64,000 bases of DNA from Ascidiella aspersa. Taxonomy: Eukaryota. Location: assembly GCA_963924565.1 (NCBI GenBank), contig OZ004610.1:25172001-25236000 (forward strand). The letters are read 5' to 3'. Position numbers and translations under genes: made by a program. Position 1 is the stretch's first letter; every line of letters begins with the position of its first letter. Below the pieces are notes generated by a model. It was not told the origin of the DNA. It saw nothing but the letters and a program-made list of their open reading frames with translations, and ran no database searches. This document shows positions 49,701 to 63,152 of this stretch, piece after piece.

Positions 49701-50808
49701 AACATAAACAAAAAGCAAGAAGGTTTCGTTTGGATTTTATGACAACAAAATGGAACAAACGACGACAAAACACATGCTATACATAAATACGCCAAATAAT
49801 AGAAAAAAATAACTTAACATAAGTAAGGAAAGAGTCACGAAAATACTGAAAAAATAAAATATCAACAGAAAACAACAGCCGCTTTAAATTCTGGTGCCAA
49901 GACTTAAAAGTAGGATATGCTACTCCAAATGCCTCAATCAGTTGTTAACTGATTTAACCCTTTTTACCGCCTCTATTATCAGCACGGTCGAATAATGATT
50001 AGAAATCAAATATGCATGTAGGTACATTGGTGTTAGAAACTTTTTTGGCAGTATAGCTCTTTCGTGACGGTGAGGCTTCTGAATGAAGATGAAGAATATA
50101 AAAATTGAAAGAAAAAGGGAAAATGGCGCTCAGAAAGGTCCCAACGCTACCGCTCGCAGCACTATGGTGAAAAGTAAAGTTCGAAGCCAAACGTTTCTCT
50201 GGAAAGCGATTCCGGCTGCATTGTGATCTCCATCCTTGCCACTTTCTTCTAACCGAGCGTTGTCACCTTGTTTGGGAGCGCGGGATTCGTCGTCTGCACG
50301 CAAGAGGCTGCTGTTAGTGACAGACGCCTTGAAATTTGTCGAACTGCTGGCCGGAATCTCCTTGAGCGTCGAAGAAACGGAAGAACTACCTGAAGGCTGT
50401 ATCTCGTCGCGATTCCTTCTGTCCGTGTTATAATCACCTGTACAATTAACGTATACGAAAACATAAGGGCTGGTTACGGTCGCTTGAACTTCGAAAACAA
50501 AGCTATCGACAAATAAACCACAGCAAAGTAAGCGAGCACTTGAGACGATTTTCCGCATAAATTGTTATTTTCATAAGGCTTTTCAAATGAATGTTCGGCT
50601 TCCAGGTATTTAGTAGTGAATTCCAGTCGTGACAGCAACTATGGAATCCAATTAGGAAAAACGGAATCACTTACTTTTCGTATCGTCGTTAATTCTATTA
50701 TGAGGCACTTCTCCACTTCCTTCGCCCGAACTTGCGCCCGCACAATCATCTTCATCGTCACCGCACGGTGTCGGTACTGAGCTTCTGGCATTCAAGTTAT
50801 GTTTGTTT
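46706..50808 (+). repeat. Segmental duplication copy B (paralog of ~20012-25757 plus 40190-40235)
   Basis: Collinear similarity with copy A; lacks the 21334-21767 MITE and the EnSpm insertion. Confidence 0.9.
47727..48126 (+). pseudogene. ZDHHC1/11-like pseudogene (exon 1 plus 3' tail only)
   Basis: Exon 1 47727-47813 [29 protein letters not shown]|GT. The sequence then jumps to the equivalent of intron 5, so exons 2-5 including DHHC are deleted; a second deletion removes most of exon 6. Confidence 0.88.
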
Positions 50809-53800
50809 TTCCGCACAAAATAGGGGAGCTTTCGCAGGGCTTTTGGGATTGAGTCATATCCGTTCGGCAAAAGTAGAATCTTAAAAAATATGGTGGAGTA
50901 GTGTTATTCCGGTTGGAATTAATCTGCCAATGCCTTACAATACATTGTGCCAGGGTTTTATATGGTGGACCAGACGTCTTAACCAACTGATCTAATGTCG
51001 CGCAAAGTGGTGACAGTGGTAAAAATGCAAACATATAATCGTACAATGGACGATATTTACCTAAAGGAGAAAAGGGGACCGTCTTATTTTTTGATGTCCA
51101 ACAAAATTTAAACAACATATTTTATCACATGCCAGGCGGGTATATACACTAACTGAAATCACAAGCTGAAAGGTACAGTTTTGAAATCTAATAGGGAATT
51201 CCAAGCTCAGTACGACTGCTATGTGCCCAAACCTATTCCTATATCGTGGTTTTCTAGTTTTTTACCTTCGCAGTCACCCTGAACTTCTCGGCGGCCTGTT
51301 GGATGTGGCTGCTGACCCTTTTCACTTTCATCTCGGGATTACTTTGCTGAGCCTCCAGTCCCATTCCAGCCACATGCTCGTTGTATCTAATGTAAGCAAA
51401 CGAGTATACGAGTCGTAAAATCCAGACAAATATTGACACACAACATAAAAACGGCAGTCTGCCGCTGAGGAAGCGCCAAATTGCCGCCAACCAAGCGAGT
51501 CAAAGTGGCGTTTTTTTACATGCAGTTTTGTGCCCTTCCCTATACCTTCTGTCAAATGACAACCACAGCTCAAACGAGTCTGCGATCTTGTTTTAATTTA
51601 TTTTTCCGAGGTATTGCGTAGCCCGATTGGACAATAGGGAGCCGGCTTCTCTTTAAACGGCCCGGAAAATCGGCGCGAGTTCCAACTCAACGGCTTCTTT
51701 TGTTGCGCTGTAACATTTCGCGCGCCCGTCGTAAGAAATCGAAATATTACTCATCGTGCGTTCGCGGCCCGCGTGCGGTGTGTAGTTACCGCCTTTGTCG
51801 AGCGGCAAACATTTTGCGTGGCACGTTCCAAAGTTTGCCTAGGAAATCCCTCTCGCGATGCGATCGCTTTATGCGCGCCCCCGAGCTGAAACAAGCACTT
51901 TGATGCAGGGCCCGACCATTGCAAACGTGAATGTGCGAAGACGTGGGACGGCAAGATTACTTTCGCCCGAGTGTCGAATGACAAACGTTTCGAGGTTTCA
52001 TCGATTGGCCAATGCCCGCCTATAGCCTATGTACAACCTTTATGCCGGCGTTAACGCGTTGTCTTGGAGGCAGGGCGCCGTGCGCAAACAGTGGAGTTGA
52101 GTGGCACGCTCATATTCGATCAAACTTGTAAAGCGTATTAAACATATTAATATCACAACTTGTAACCGAACTTGCCTACAAAGCCTTGGTGGTTCATAGT
52201 GGATCATACAGGACCGGGCAAGTATTTTTGGAACCGATAAGGCTTTTATCGAGATATGTATACCATTTCACAACTTTATTTTATTCCATTTTCTAAAATT
52301 TGATAGAGGGAACTAGCAATACTTTTACAATAAAATTACAGTTAGCCACTAAACGATGTCATGTTAGTCAGTGACATATTTATTCTTTTACACAAACTGA
52401 GCGATACGCAATACTTCCAAATTTATTAGCGGGATAAATGCACCAACGGTACTACTCGAAGGCACACGATTCAATCAATACTGTTTAAACGAAGGCTTCT
52501 TTTAAATGTTTTTTTCTAGTTTTGACAGTATAATGCAATGCGTGTAAATAATGAAAATAAGTCAAGTCATATGTTCCACTTAGCCAATGACTCAATGACT
52601 TAATGTCTAATCTAATAGGTTCGATAGCAGGGTTGGCGGACAATTTTATTTTTGACCGGGGGCCGCATGAGAAACAGTAAATGTTCTAAAGGGTCGGGTA
52701 AAAAAATAATATGAAATATAAGTCATGTAAAGTGTGATTGCTTTTAAAATATAGCCGTAAATATCCTTGTTATAACAAGCTGGTAAGAATAAGAATGTGT
52801 GAGGATGCATTACAAGTTGATATATTCAACAAAATATTGTAAAATAAGGATAAAGGGCTTATATTTGTTATGAAGTGACCCAAGGGACGGATAATATTGT
52901 TTGGCGAGCCCCATACCTGGTACGCTGGACGTAGTTTGTCCGGGTCTGTTTTATCGCATTACAGCGGGTGTTAGCATTTACCCTTATCTGGACCTTTAAG
53001 CTGTTACAAACGTTAGGTTTTATTCGTGATTTACCATTTTTGTATTGGTCAAGGTATTATTTAAAAATATAATACATTTTAAACATCTTTGTCCTATTAT
53101 GAATTACATCCATCGTAAAAATAAATAAATACGTACTTGTACCCAAAAAATTTGTTACCGTAAAGAGCACTATTGTCCTCTGTATTATTGAGTAAATTAG
53201 AAGAACTAGGTGTTACCGAGAAGCGATGTTTTTCCCGTCCCAGCATGATCCATGTTTAGAGACCTGGAACGCTCCGTTCTTGGAAGAATCGCATAGTTCA
53301 TCGGGTAGGTTCAGAAAAAACGTGATAGAAAAATTGAGCTGGACAACAAATCTAAAACCATAAAAAATAAAAGTATGGTTAATAGGGATTTCTCTTCGCT
53401 GTTGAGCAATAACCAGACAGGACACACTTTAAACACCTTTATTTGATGCATTAGGTTTAAAATAAAAAAATTAACTACAAACAAAAAACTGGTTTGTCGA
53501 AGGAGATTTTTTTCCCTGAGAAAACGACAAATTAGAAAAATGTGAGTGATCTTTTTTTATCACACGAAATTGTATGTGCTGCACAGTGTCGTGTATAAAA
53601 ATATACACAACATCTTATACATGGTGAGCAGAGGCCTATCCGCATTAACTCTATTTGATTAAAAATATCGTGGTCATTGAACACATTTCTCGCTTTGTGA
53701 AATTCTTCGTTAATATTAAACTGTACCCGCTTCCAGCGGTACAATTTTAACATTTTGTTAAGGTCGTTTGTGTATTCGCGATAACGGCTTACAATAACAT

Positions 53801-56800
53801 AAAAGTTAACGGACAAATTTGATTAAGGTTTAGGGTCTATGAATGCCAGCTGAAGGGTAGCAATTTTATTTCCGTACTTTATGTGCCACAAATAACTGAC
53901 CATAACCTCCAGTGACGAAAATTGCTTAATATTTGTTTAATTTGGTTTAAAATTAATAGGTATGTTTTCAGGATTTTCAGGGTATGTACGGCTAGGTTTA
54001 ATACTACATCTTAAAAATGTATCCATATAGGCAGTTTTAGATATCAGTAACTTAACAAATTTCGACACACAGATTATAGGCTATGTGTGGCCCTCGAACT
54101 TAGATTGGCTGCCCTAATCTAACATTTTTTATTTTGACCTGAGCTCAAAAATCTTGGATATCATTTTTGGGTTGTTTTGCGGTGTGCAGTCTATGTGTTA
54201 AAAGGAAGACCTTTTCATGAAGAAAGAGTAATATTTATCCAACATATACAAATATAATAGAGCAATAATAGCCAACTCGCAAACAGCGCCATATTCTCTT
54301 ATATCGAATTTGAAGCAGGTTTGGCGAATGTGGTACACCAGGGAGGATCAATTAAAGACTGGTAATCTTAATTAACCGATGAACCTTGCCTTAAAGCGTA
54401 ATAGGTCAAAGGCAGACAATCAACGGGGTGCGGGAAAACACTCGAATCATTGAATTGGGCGGCATATCACGTTAAGCGTAGTCAGGCTACATCAGAAGTG
54501 CTAAATTGACTGATTGGGCAAGTACAGAGTTAAGGTCGCCGGTCAACCAGGCAATCAACGGTTGTGTTTCGACGACCATATACTGTTTTATCCCGAAACA
54601 AAGTTTTCCATGAACCTAATCTATTTCTGCACATGTCTTGCAAACAGCTATCAGGTCAATTTCCAAGAATTCTGAAACCCAAGCTTATTTTTTGCACGCT
54701 TTTCAACTTGTTTCTAATCCTAGAGCCGCTTCAAAGTAGCATTTTTGCACAGTTTATATGTTTTGCTGCTGTTGCTAAGGCAAATGTTCTTAGACTGGGT
54801 TCCGTGAACTAGTTTTAGGGGGTCCATGAACGCCTAATAAAAATATTAGTGCTTAGGTAAGTAGTAATCATTTTATTTAAAGAATTTAATTAAAAATAAA
54901 ACGATTTTGCACTGAATGTAGACTCCATTACACTTCACATTTTTGGACCGAAATCAGCAGATCTAGGTCTATAAGCCAAAAAAATTGTTAGGGGTCCGCG
55001 GTAAAAAAAGTTTAAGAACCCCTGTGCTAAAGTGATGACAAACCAATTGGGAATGGGTAACGATTAAATTTGACATATCCCAAGTCTTTTGTGAATAACA
55101 TAGAGCAAGTTTTTTAAGTTATCGAATTTTAAAAATCAGGTAACAAACTTTTTGCACAAGTGACAAGGTTAGAGTTGCAACATTTATGACAAGGCGTAAT
55201 TTCGAAAAAAATAACATTCCAGGAAACAAACCACGTAAAACCGAAATAAAAACCCATTTTGAGATTGTCAAATCGATTTGTTAGGATGCACACAATGCAT
55301 GGTCATACCGCGACGTAACAATGTTACGGTGCGTTAAAAAAACATATGGCCACTACCCGGCCCTCTGTGACCCTATCCCACGTATGCAAGGCACGTGTCA
55401 AATTTCCCAAACAGCGACTGGAAACTCGAGATATTTGCAGCGACCCCGAAATGCGCTTAAGATCGCGTGGTTGTCGCAGCGTTGTGCCATAATGTGCTGA
55501 GTAACCACCCGACAGGCCAAAGTCGCGCCGGCTCCCGGCATTTGCGGGTGTGTTTTACGGCCGAGATAAGAGCAAAGTGCCTGACTCACAAGACGCGTGC
55601 GTGCGTAAACCGCTCGGTTACAAAGGTGTCGTGATTTTATCCCGCGCCATTACGAGATAATGGCAAAGAAAGGACGCACGCCGTCGAGGTGATAGAAAGC
55701 GATTGGCGAGTGGTTAAAAATAAACTCTATAATGCCACTTAGTCGCACCATACGAGACCACCGGCACTTTCATTTACTCACTGAAATCGTTAACCGTGGG
55801 CCGCCCATAAATGCCTGGCCCAACTTCACGTCCTTTAGTAAGACCGTCCGAAATGCGAGAGAACGAGGTAATTAGTCACCGTGAGGAGCATTTACTGGCA
55901 CGCGAAAGAGAAAGGGAATCCACTTGAATCGTGGACCCACGCGTCTCTTTTACCGGAGGGTTTATTTGCCGAGCCCATGTAGTGGGCCTTTGTCACACCG
56001 ACATAACAAGAGGTCGGGCCGCTATGAACGACCCTTTGAAAAACCTTTTTAAGCCCTATCAAGTCAGTAGGGTCAGGCTGTATGGAACGAAAAGTTTTTT
56101 CACAGAAGTCTCCCTTGCCGCACATCCGCGGCCGAGCGTTCCCGACGTCCAATTAAATTTTGGATGATTTATATTCGTTTCGCTGATGCGATCGTGCAGT
56201 CAAGTCTGGCGCTCAGTATGTCATTTCGCATGACGAGAAACCTCTAGAGAGAGAACGGAACTATAGAGTCTACACAACTCGTGTTACCGATGCGCCCTGG
56301 TTTCGAGCTTTACCTCAAATCAACGTAAAATCAACGTTAATGTGTTTCCGCAGCAAACCCTTGAACAATAACATAGCTACACCGTTTGAATGAAGAAATT
56401 CGGGTCATTGTCACAGCAGCATCATAGTTGCAATGAATTAAATTAAAGCAGACTTTATTTAAATTGAATTGATACAGACGTCTAAAACATTATTAGAATC
56501 TAAAACTTATGACGTTTAAAGTTCAATATTCAACGTTTAAAAGAGTTTTTTTGGTAAAATCAGGTTGTCCTTTCAAGGTGCCCGCATAAGTTGGTGATAA
56601 CAGTTATATCTGACAGTGTTTCCCAAATTTATTATAATAATGATACTTTTAAAAACGTGCTAATATGGCTAGCCGGGGTTGTGTTATGCATATACAATAT
56701 ACAATCCCATTTGGATCAACTTAACAAATAGCGTTTTGACCGACAAGATGCTTTTAAACATGTGTTACATTTAGTTTTATGTCAATACGCACAAAAAGAG

Positions 56801-59800
56801 GGATACACAACCAGAGTGCAGATTAAAAAACGGAATAATAGACCTACTTGAGCATCTTGTCGCTCATGCGAAGTTGAGGCAGGCGGTTGAACACCGACAC
56901 GTCATCGATTTGTAAATCGTTGTTTCGTGATAATCTCGAGCCGAGCTGCGGCTCTGGGGACGTGTATTTCGTGCGATCTTTAAGCACCTCGTACGGGGGT
57001 CGAACCATGTCCCAGAAATTGGGCGGAAGACCATCGTCCGGATCGAGCGCGTTGTTTTTCTGCTGCATCCGACCTCGTCTTCTGCTCCGCCGTCTCTTCT
57101 TGCCTTTCGAGCTGCGCTGGCCGATGCGGGGGTCGTCCTCTGGACGAAAACGATAAATAACTTTCAAAACAATTTGTAGCATAATGGTTGGAGGTTGTAG
57201 TAAGACGTAATGAGCATATCAAATCCCATACAGATTACAGAAGTAGGTATCATTTTGAACGTTTCGAATAATCAGATGTTATAAATGAATAAAGAGTTAT
57301 TCGAAACGTTCAATATGATACCTACTTCTGTATGGGCTTTTATATTCTTATTACGACTTTTAAAAAAGTTATGTTTTATGTTCGTATACGTCTTTTTATT
57401 GTTCTCGCGATCCTGGTCCAAAACGAATTACGAAGGCAAATGGTATTGTACGAGTTGATATTAAAAAAAAGCTATTTTTACACATACGCCTAAGACTATT
57501 ATTGGCGTGATGGCTTACAAACAAACAACTGGCCTTAAACGGAAAACTATTCCGTTAAGCTATATACAGGAATTTTGAAGTATTTACCAAAAAGTACTTT
57601 TACATCTTTATTTAAAAGTTTAATATTTTAAATATTTATAATACAAATAAAAAACATTAGTGGTACGCTGAACCAAAGTTCTTCTATGTTGCAAAAAAAT
57701 ATTTGGACGGTTTATACTGTTTCGCCACTTTTTTTTGCCACCTATGCGTGGCATATACATTTGGGAACGCTAAAAACGTATACGCAGTCAGGTCTAAATA
57801 TTCATTATAATCGATTTATTGCTAATTGAAACTCTGTAACTATTTAAAACATGAAAAAATAAGAATAAAGTATTTCGTAACTAGTAAATTATGAATCATT
57901 AGAACAGGATATTCCTAAGTTCCTATCAAACAAATTAATGTTTACAAGGAATTGTTCTCAAATGCTTTACGCTCATTCAGTGTTTTATCCTTATAACTTA
58001 CAGTACTCAATGTTATTGGTTATTGTTCCGATGACAATATAGATACACACATACCCTTATTAATTGAATGAAATTTAAAATAAATAGCTTCGACCCAAAA
58101 TTATTTTAATGCCTATTTAAAACAGTCCAGCCACCAGTAACGACAGTCAACTGATACTGTAGCTAGATAGGTTAAATAACTGTTTGGCTAAAGTAAATAA
58201 AAATTACAAGTTACTCTAAAATAGTAAAAAAACAGGTACTACGACGCATTTTGGTGTTTATAAGTACCTGAATATCTTTTCGATCTTCGTCCAACAGCTT
58301 TAGTAATGCACTCTTCCCGCATCTGTGAAGCCAAGTAAAACGCGATAATAAATTATTTAGTAATGCCTTTTAGCTAACCCGTTATAATATTCTGGCCGTC
58401 CTTGGAGGCACTAAACGATTTTGCAAAACTGCCAGTTCGTACTTAAGACTTCTACTCGTGGAAGTTTACGAAGTATTTATTTTGAATATAAAAATGATAA
58501 GAAAAGTATAAACTCGTGTACATAAATTTAAATTAATGTATATATTTATATTGGTGATATCTGGCAGGAAAAGGCAACTTGGCTAATTTTATACCTACCG
58601 AACTTGTTTTGAAAATTTTGCTGTTTTTTGGGAGTGTCTTTACACAATAAAACGCAAGTTATTGACAAATAACAGTTAATATTTTCCTATTTTGTAACGC
58701 AAAGTTGCTATGTTCGAACAGCCTGTTTCTCCACGTTTAGCCAAGGATAAAGTTTCACGCATTCTTAATTGGCCAGCATGTGTGTTATAAAATGTCATTC
58801 GCGTAGCGCGAACAGCGTTTTAGTGGTTCGCGGCTTCTTCGACAAACAAAGGGACACGAAAACCGCCGGTGTTGCATCCTGTGCAATCTCGCGCGCGCAC
58901 AGATAAGCGGCCAATAATCGCGACTGGGCAACCTAGCGCTTATCGGGCCTAGCTTCCGCCGCGAGTGGAGTGTACAGTACAGTTTTCTTCATACAACTGC
59001 TACACCAGATCTAGACAAGCCAGCGATCCGGTGTAAGGCTGCAGTAAAGTAGGCTACCGTTTAAAAATGGATTGCCAACTTCTTAATGTACGTCGTTTCT
59101 TTACCTGATCACAAGCCACAACGTGTTTTTCCTTCATATTGTATACTGCGCTGGACAGTCATTTCCAGAACTGTAAACAAATCTGCGAGTATCCTAATGC
59201 GGTGGTTTGCAAACTTTGGAAGCTGGGACCGAGTTTTTTTTAACAACAAGCAGTATCGTATATATAGATTACATTTACCTTGGTAAATAAGACAAATGAA
59301 TGATGTTGTTTTGTGAAAGTAGTTTTAAAAATAAGTACATAAATCGTGATGTTGTCTATCCTGATATGTGTAGTTTTGATTCTATGCCTTGCCGATGCTT
59401 TTTGGAATATTTGCGATAAATGCAACTAGGGGTTCCCGATACTTTAGGTATTTTTTTCCGATACCGATAGCCGATATTTTGAAGAAAAGTACAGAGACCT
59501 AATCCGATACCAAGTGATGTCATTACTTTTGTCAAATGACAAACTGATCAAATTTGTGTAGAAAAAAACTGTAGTGAAAATGAATTTTAGGAAAATGTTC
59601 TTTTGCGTAAGGAAATCTATTTATCTGTGATACTTTTGGGTGATATTTTTTCAAAAATTTAACTTTTAAGACAGAAAACTCCACGTTATATCGCAAAACA
59701 TGGCTGCAATGTACAAATGAATTTTGTATCAAATCAGCAGTATGGCAAAAATACCCATAGTATTACTTAGCACCGGATATCTGTTTCGAACGATAATATC

Positions 59801-62800
59801 GGGCATTTCAAAATGAAACCATAAGAAAAGTTTATCTATTTAATATATTTATTACCGAGGACAACAATGTGTAATACCAGATTAAACGAAAAATAGGTGG
59901 AAAATTTAATAGTAGCCAATCTTAATATATTTAAGTTTTTTTTCGATATTCATTTTCCGATGAAACACTGGGAAATTCTAAAACTGTACGCGCTCGATAT
60001 TTATAACTTTGAAGAATTACTGTTTTCAAGGCGTTGTTGCGCGAGTCGGCCACTTCCTTAAAACCAAGAGCGTAAACGTAAACATCACTGACAGCGTCAA
60101 ATTGGCTTCAAGTCCATCGACCGACCGTGGCCTCGGCATATGTGATAAAGTGCCGACCGGTTCCGTTGTTAATCGAGCGAAGCGGGCACAATGCTCAACT
60201 GGGAGCGGAAACAAGACATCAAGGGGTGCTTCAGGAGCGGATTATGTTCTGATGCTCTCTTAGTTTTTGACCATTTGTGCGCGGCAGGTGCCAGTGAAAA
60301 AATCGACAAAAGCAAAACCTCGCATCTTGGTTGAAGCTTTTCAACGCTTGTTGTGTTTTCGACAGGAAGGTAACGCGAAAGCCAAACCGTGACGTGCGGC
60401 TAGACGCTACCGAGCGCTGCCGTGATTGACACAAGACGTTCGATGTCAATGTTGACCAGACCTTATGATCAGGACATAAAAAACAAAGCTTTCGTGCAAT
60501 CCTTGAGACTACTGACGACCAGCTTTAAAAGCAGCGGGTTTCGTTTTGTAGTCCATTGGTCCGGCCTCAAGGTTGGTGGACAACAAAAACCGGCTGCTGC
60601 TAATGTTAGCCATGTACTCTGGTGGGTTATCACGATTACAAATCGACGCCACGTTTTATTGCTTTATTTAGTTTTCGTAGGACAATTATAAACTCATTAC
60701 GTTAACCCTCATAGGTTTTTAAATGGGCATTGCAAGCAGTTTTACTATATCCTTAACTGTAATGCAATTCTATGTAGACTATGGTATATCGCATAACTTT
60801 ATAGTACGTTTTTGCAGCAAAAACATCCAAATAATGCAAGTACCTGCTCTAATTCGGGCAACTCCGTGTTATTTGTGGCGACGTCTGAGAGTGCTATGGT
60901 CAGTTGTTCCATAGTGGATTGAATGTCTTGGTCGTTGGCGTTTATACCCATTGCTGTAGCGGTCAATGCCGCAACAAAATGTTTCCAGTACAAATCGAGT
61001 TCGAACATTCCAACCAGGCAACTAAAAGTTGAAAAATGCAAAGCAATAAGCTTACTGTAAGGCATTATAATTTATAACAAACAACGTTTCGAGCTACGTA
61101 ACAAAATACGAACCCTCGAAGGATGTTTTTGCATAGGCCCGGACATGGTTTGATCAGAGTGAGAGCGTGGCAATGCGAGCAATATTGCATCTTCATCACC
61201 GATTCCCTGCACTGCCGACTGTCTACGGACTTCTCTGCTAACTTTAGCGCCTCGAATCCTGACTCGACGGCCTAAATATTATACATATTTGTTGAGTTTG
61301 CATTTCGAGCCAGTTTCGGTAATTCGCTATTCAAAGAATCGGCTAAGATTAAAAAATGTAATATGCATTTGACTAATAGTTTTCAGCCGACTTCTTGAAA
61401 AACAGTGTTTTTTATTTTGTTTTTTGTTTTTAGGGGAACGAACAAAATACCTTTTAACATCGTTTTTGTCAAAAGTAATTTAGGTTATTAATTATGCCAG
61501 TAAAGTTTCTCCTATGCACTTCGTTTAACTTTTTGTCCTTGGTTTATCATGCTCTTGTGCGCGGGAAGGATGAAATTAAAAATAAATAATTGGGTGTTGT
61601 ACTGAAACGCGGATAAAAACAAAGCGCCTTATATAGATTTGGTCGAATTGGGATGATTTTAACGGCAACAAAAACTACATACCTGGGTAAAAGACAGTGT
61701 TTGGTTGAACGCGGTGAACAAAAGCGTACTCATCTGGTCGGGGAGGTTCCCAAGTGGATTTATCTTGAGATAGGACTTCGACAAACAACGGTTCACTTTT
61801 GACGAAAATCTCCTCGACTGCCCTTGTTGTAACTTGAGTATAACCAGGCTTTGAAGCAACCTGCGTAAAATGTGCTTAAAACTTTAGGGCTTGGCTCGCG
61901 CATAAACGGGCAACTGTAACGGACACCATGACAAATTGAAGACGAATGGCTGGCCGACCGTGATTTAGGAGCGATTGCGCCAACTGACACGTGATAAGAT
62001 CTGGCCCCGTTGCCAATTTCCTCCCAAAGACGTCGAATATCGATCCACCTGCGAACGTTGCGCGAAAGAGTAGCCGCGAACAACGCGTATCGTGTTGGCA
62101 GATTTGTAGTTCAAGAAGGTCGCGGCCAGGTAATTGGACAAAGCCTCGCTTGGCCAAGGTCGCCGCTAAGCCGCTGTCGGGAAGTCAGAAGTTTCGCCTA
62201 AAGGCCGTGACACCTCCTAAGCTGCGACGCTGCGGCCCAACTACGGATCGCATCTCAACGACCGACTTATACGAGGCAAAGTTTACTGCCAAACAGTTCG
62301 CCATTCAATTAAAAATCGGTATGTGATTTGCGACTTTTTCTTCAATTAAAAATCGGTATGTGATTGCGACTTTACGTAACAAGCAATGGCTCGTTCAGGC
62401 CCAAAGCTTTTATAGAATGGTTAATATTACAAATCTTTTTGAAACTTTTTGAATTTTGGGAAAATGTGCCTTGAGAAATTGTTTTGCCGATTTACGTGGT
62501 TTGATTAATTATCTAACTTATGCGATAAATAAATAGTTCAGAAATAGTATTTTTGTTCTATATAATAATTGCGTGAACTGCGTTTCCTAACCTATAAACA
62601 TTTGCCTCGATCGATACACATTTTTTGCAATTCAGTGCTTATTTTTCGAGGCTGTGTCTATTGTGCGAACTGCCGTACACCATGCAGAAAAAACACAGGC
62701 GCCCAGATGTTGAATGGGCGTATGAAACTGCTGTTTTACTAGGCGCCATATGTCGTAATTTTTAATGTAATTCTAGTTTTGTAATTTGGATGCGCTTCTC

Positions 62801-63152
62801 TGTACTGTACACTAAGGGTTAAGATTCTATTACTTTGATAAGGATAAGAAAAAGACGGATCACGACTGTAAAACAAGACCGTAAAAAAAGGATGTTTTGA
62901 ATGATTTTTTTTAATTGCCATAAATAAGGTGCGCCCTTTAAATTTAACGAAACTTAACTAACCTGTCAATAGCACCTCTTAGTTCAGCTGCTATAGACTC
63001 TCTATCCGGTTGGTCACGAGCCAGCCTTAAGCCATTAAAGAAGGAATCGGCGATAATTTTTGGAGTGTTTCTTGTAGATTCTCGTAGAAACGCTCTGGAC
63101 AAAACTACCAGGGTATCGTTGCGATTCTTGGCGATGGCGTAAGTGATATCCT
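50130..63152 (-). CDS. GPC5: Glypican-3/5-like heparan sulfate proteoglycan, 3' ten exons (5' part beyond the window end)
   Basis: Exons 63152-62963, 61860-61683, 61271-61114, 61021-60844, 58322-58268, 57139-56848, 53351-53217, 51386-51266, 50879-50675, 50437-50130; all phases consistent. Motifs: CRESVMKMQYCSHCHALTLIKPCPGLCKNILRGCL, furin-type RRSKR, FFLNLPDELC...CWDG, QQSNPEMKV, HS site CGDDEDDCAGASSGEGSGE, hydrophobic GPI signal. The symbol denotes the GPC3/5 subfamily. Confidence 0.93.
54781..55024. mobile_element. Degenerate hAT MITE in a glypican intron
   Basis: Ends CAAATGTTCTTAGAC / TTAAGAACCCCTG; TSD TGCTAAGG / TGCTAAAG. Confidence 0.6.
57204..57357. repeat. Long fold-back repeat, same family as 6015-6101
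   Basis: ACAGAAGTAGGTATCATTTTGAACGTTTCGAATAA ... TTATTCGAAACGTTCAATATGATACCTACTTCTGT near-perfect stem, plus outer arms. Confidence 0.75.

Noticed and set aside
61793-62326. Several overlapping 60-110 aa ORFs in a GC-rich glypican intron
   Set aside because: No recognisable motifs; the glypican frame is complete without them; likely regulatory or repeat sequence.
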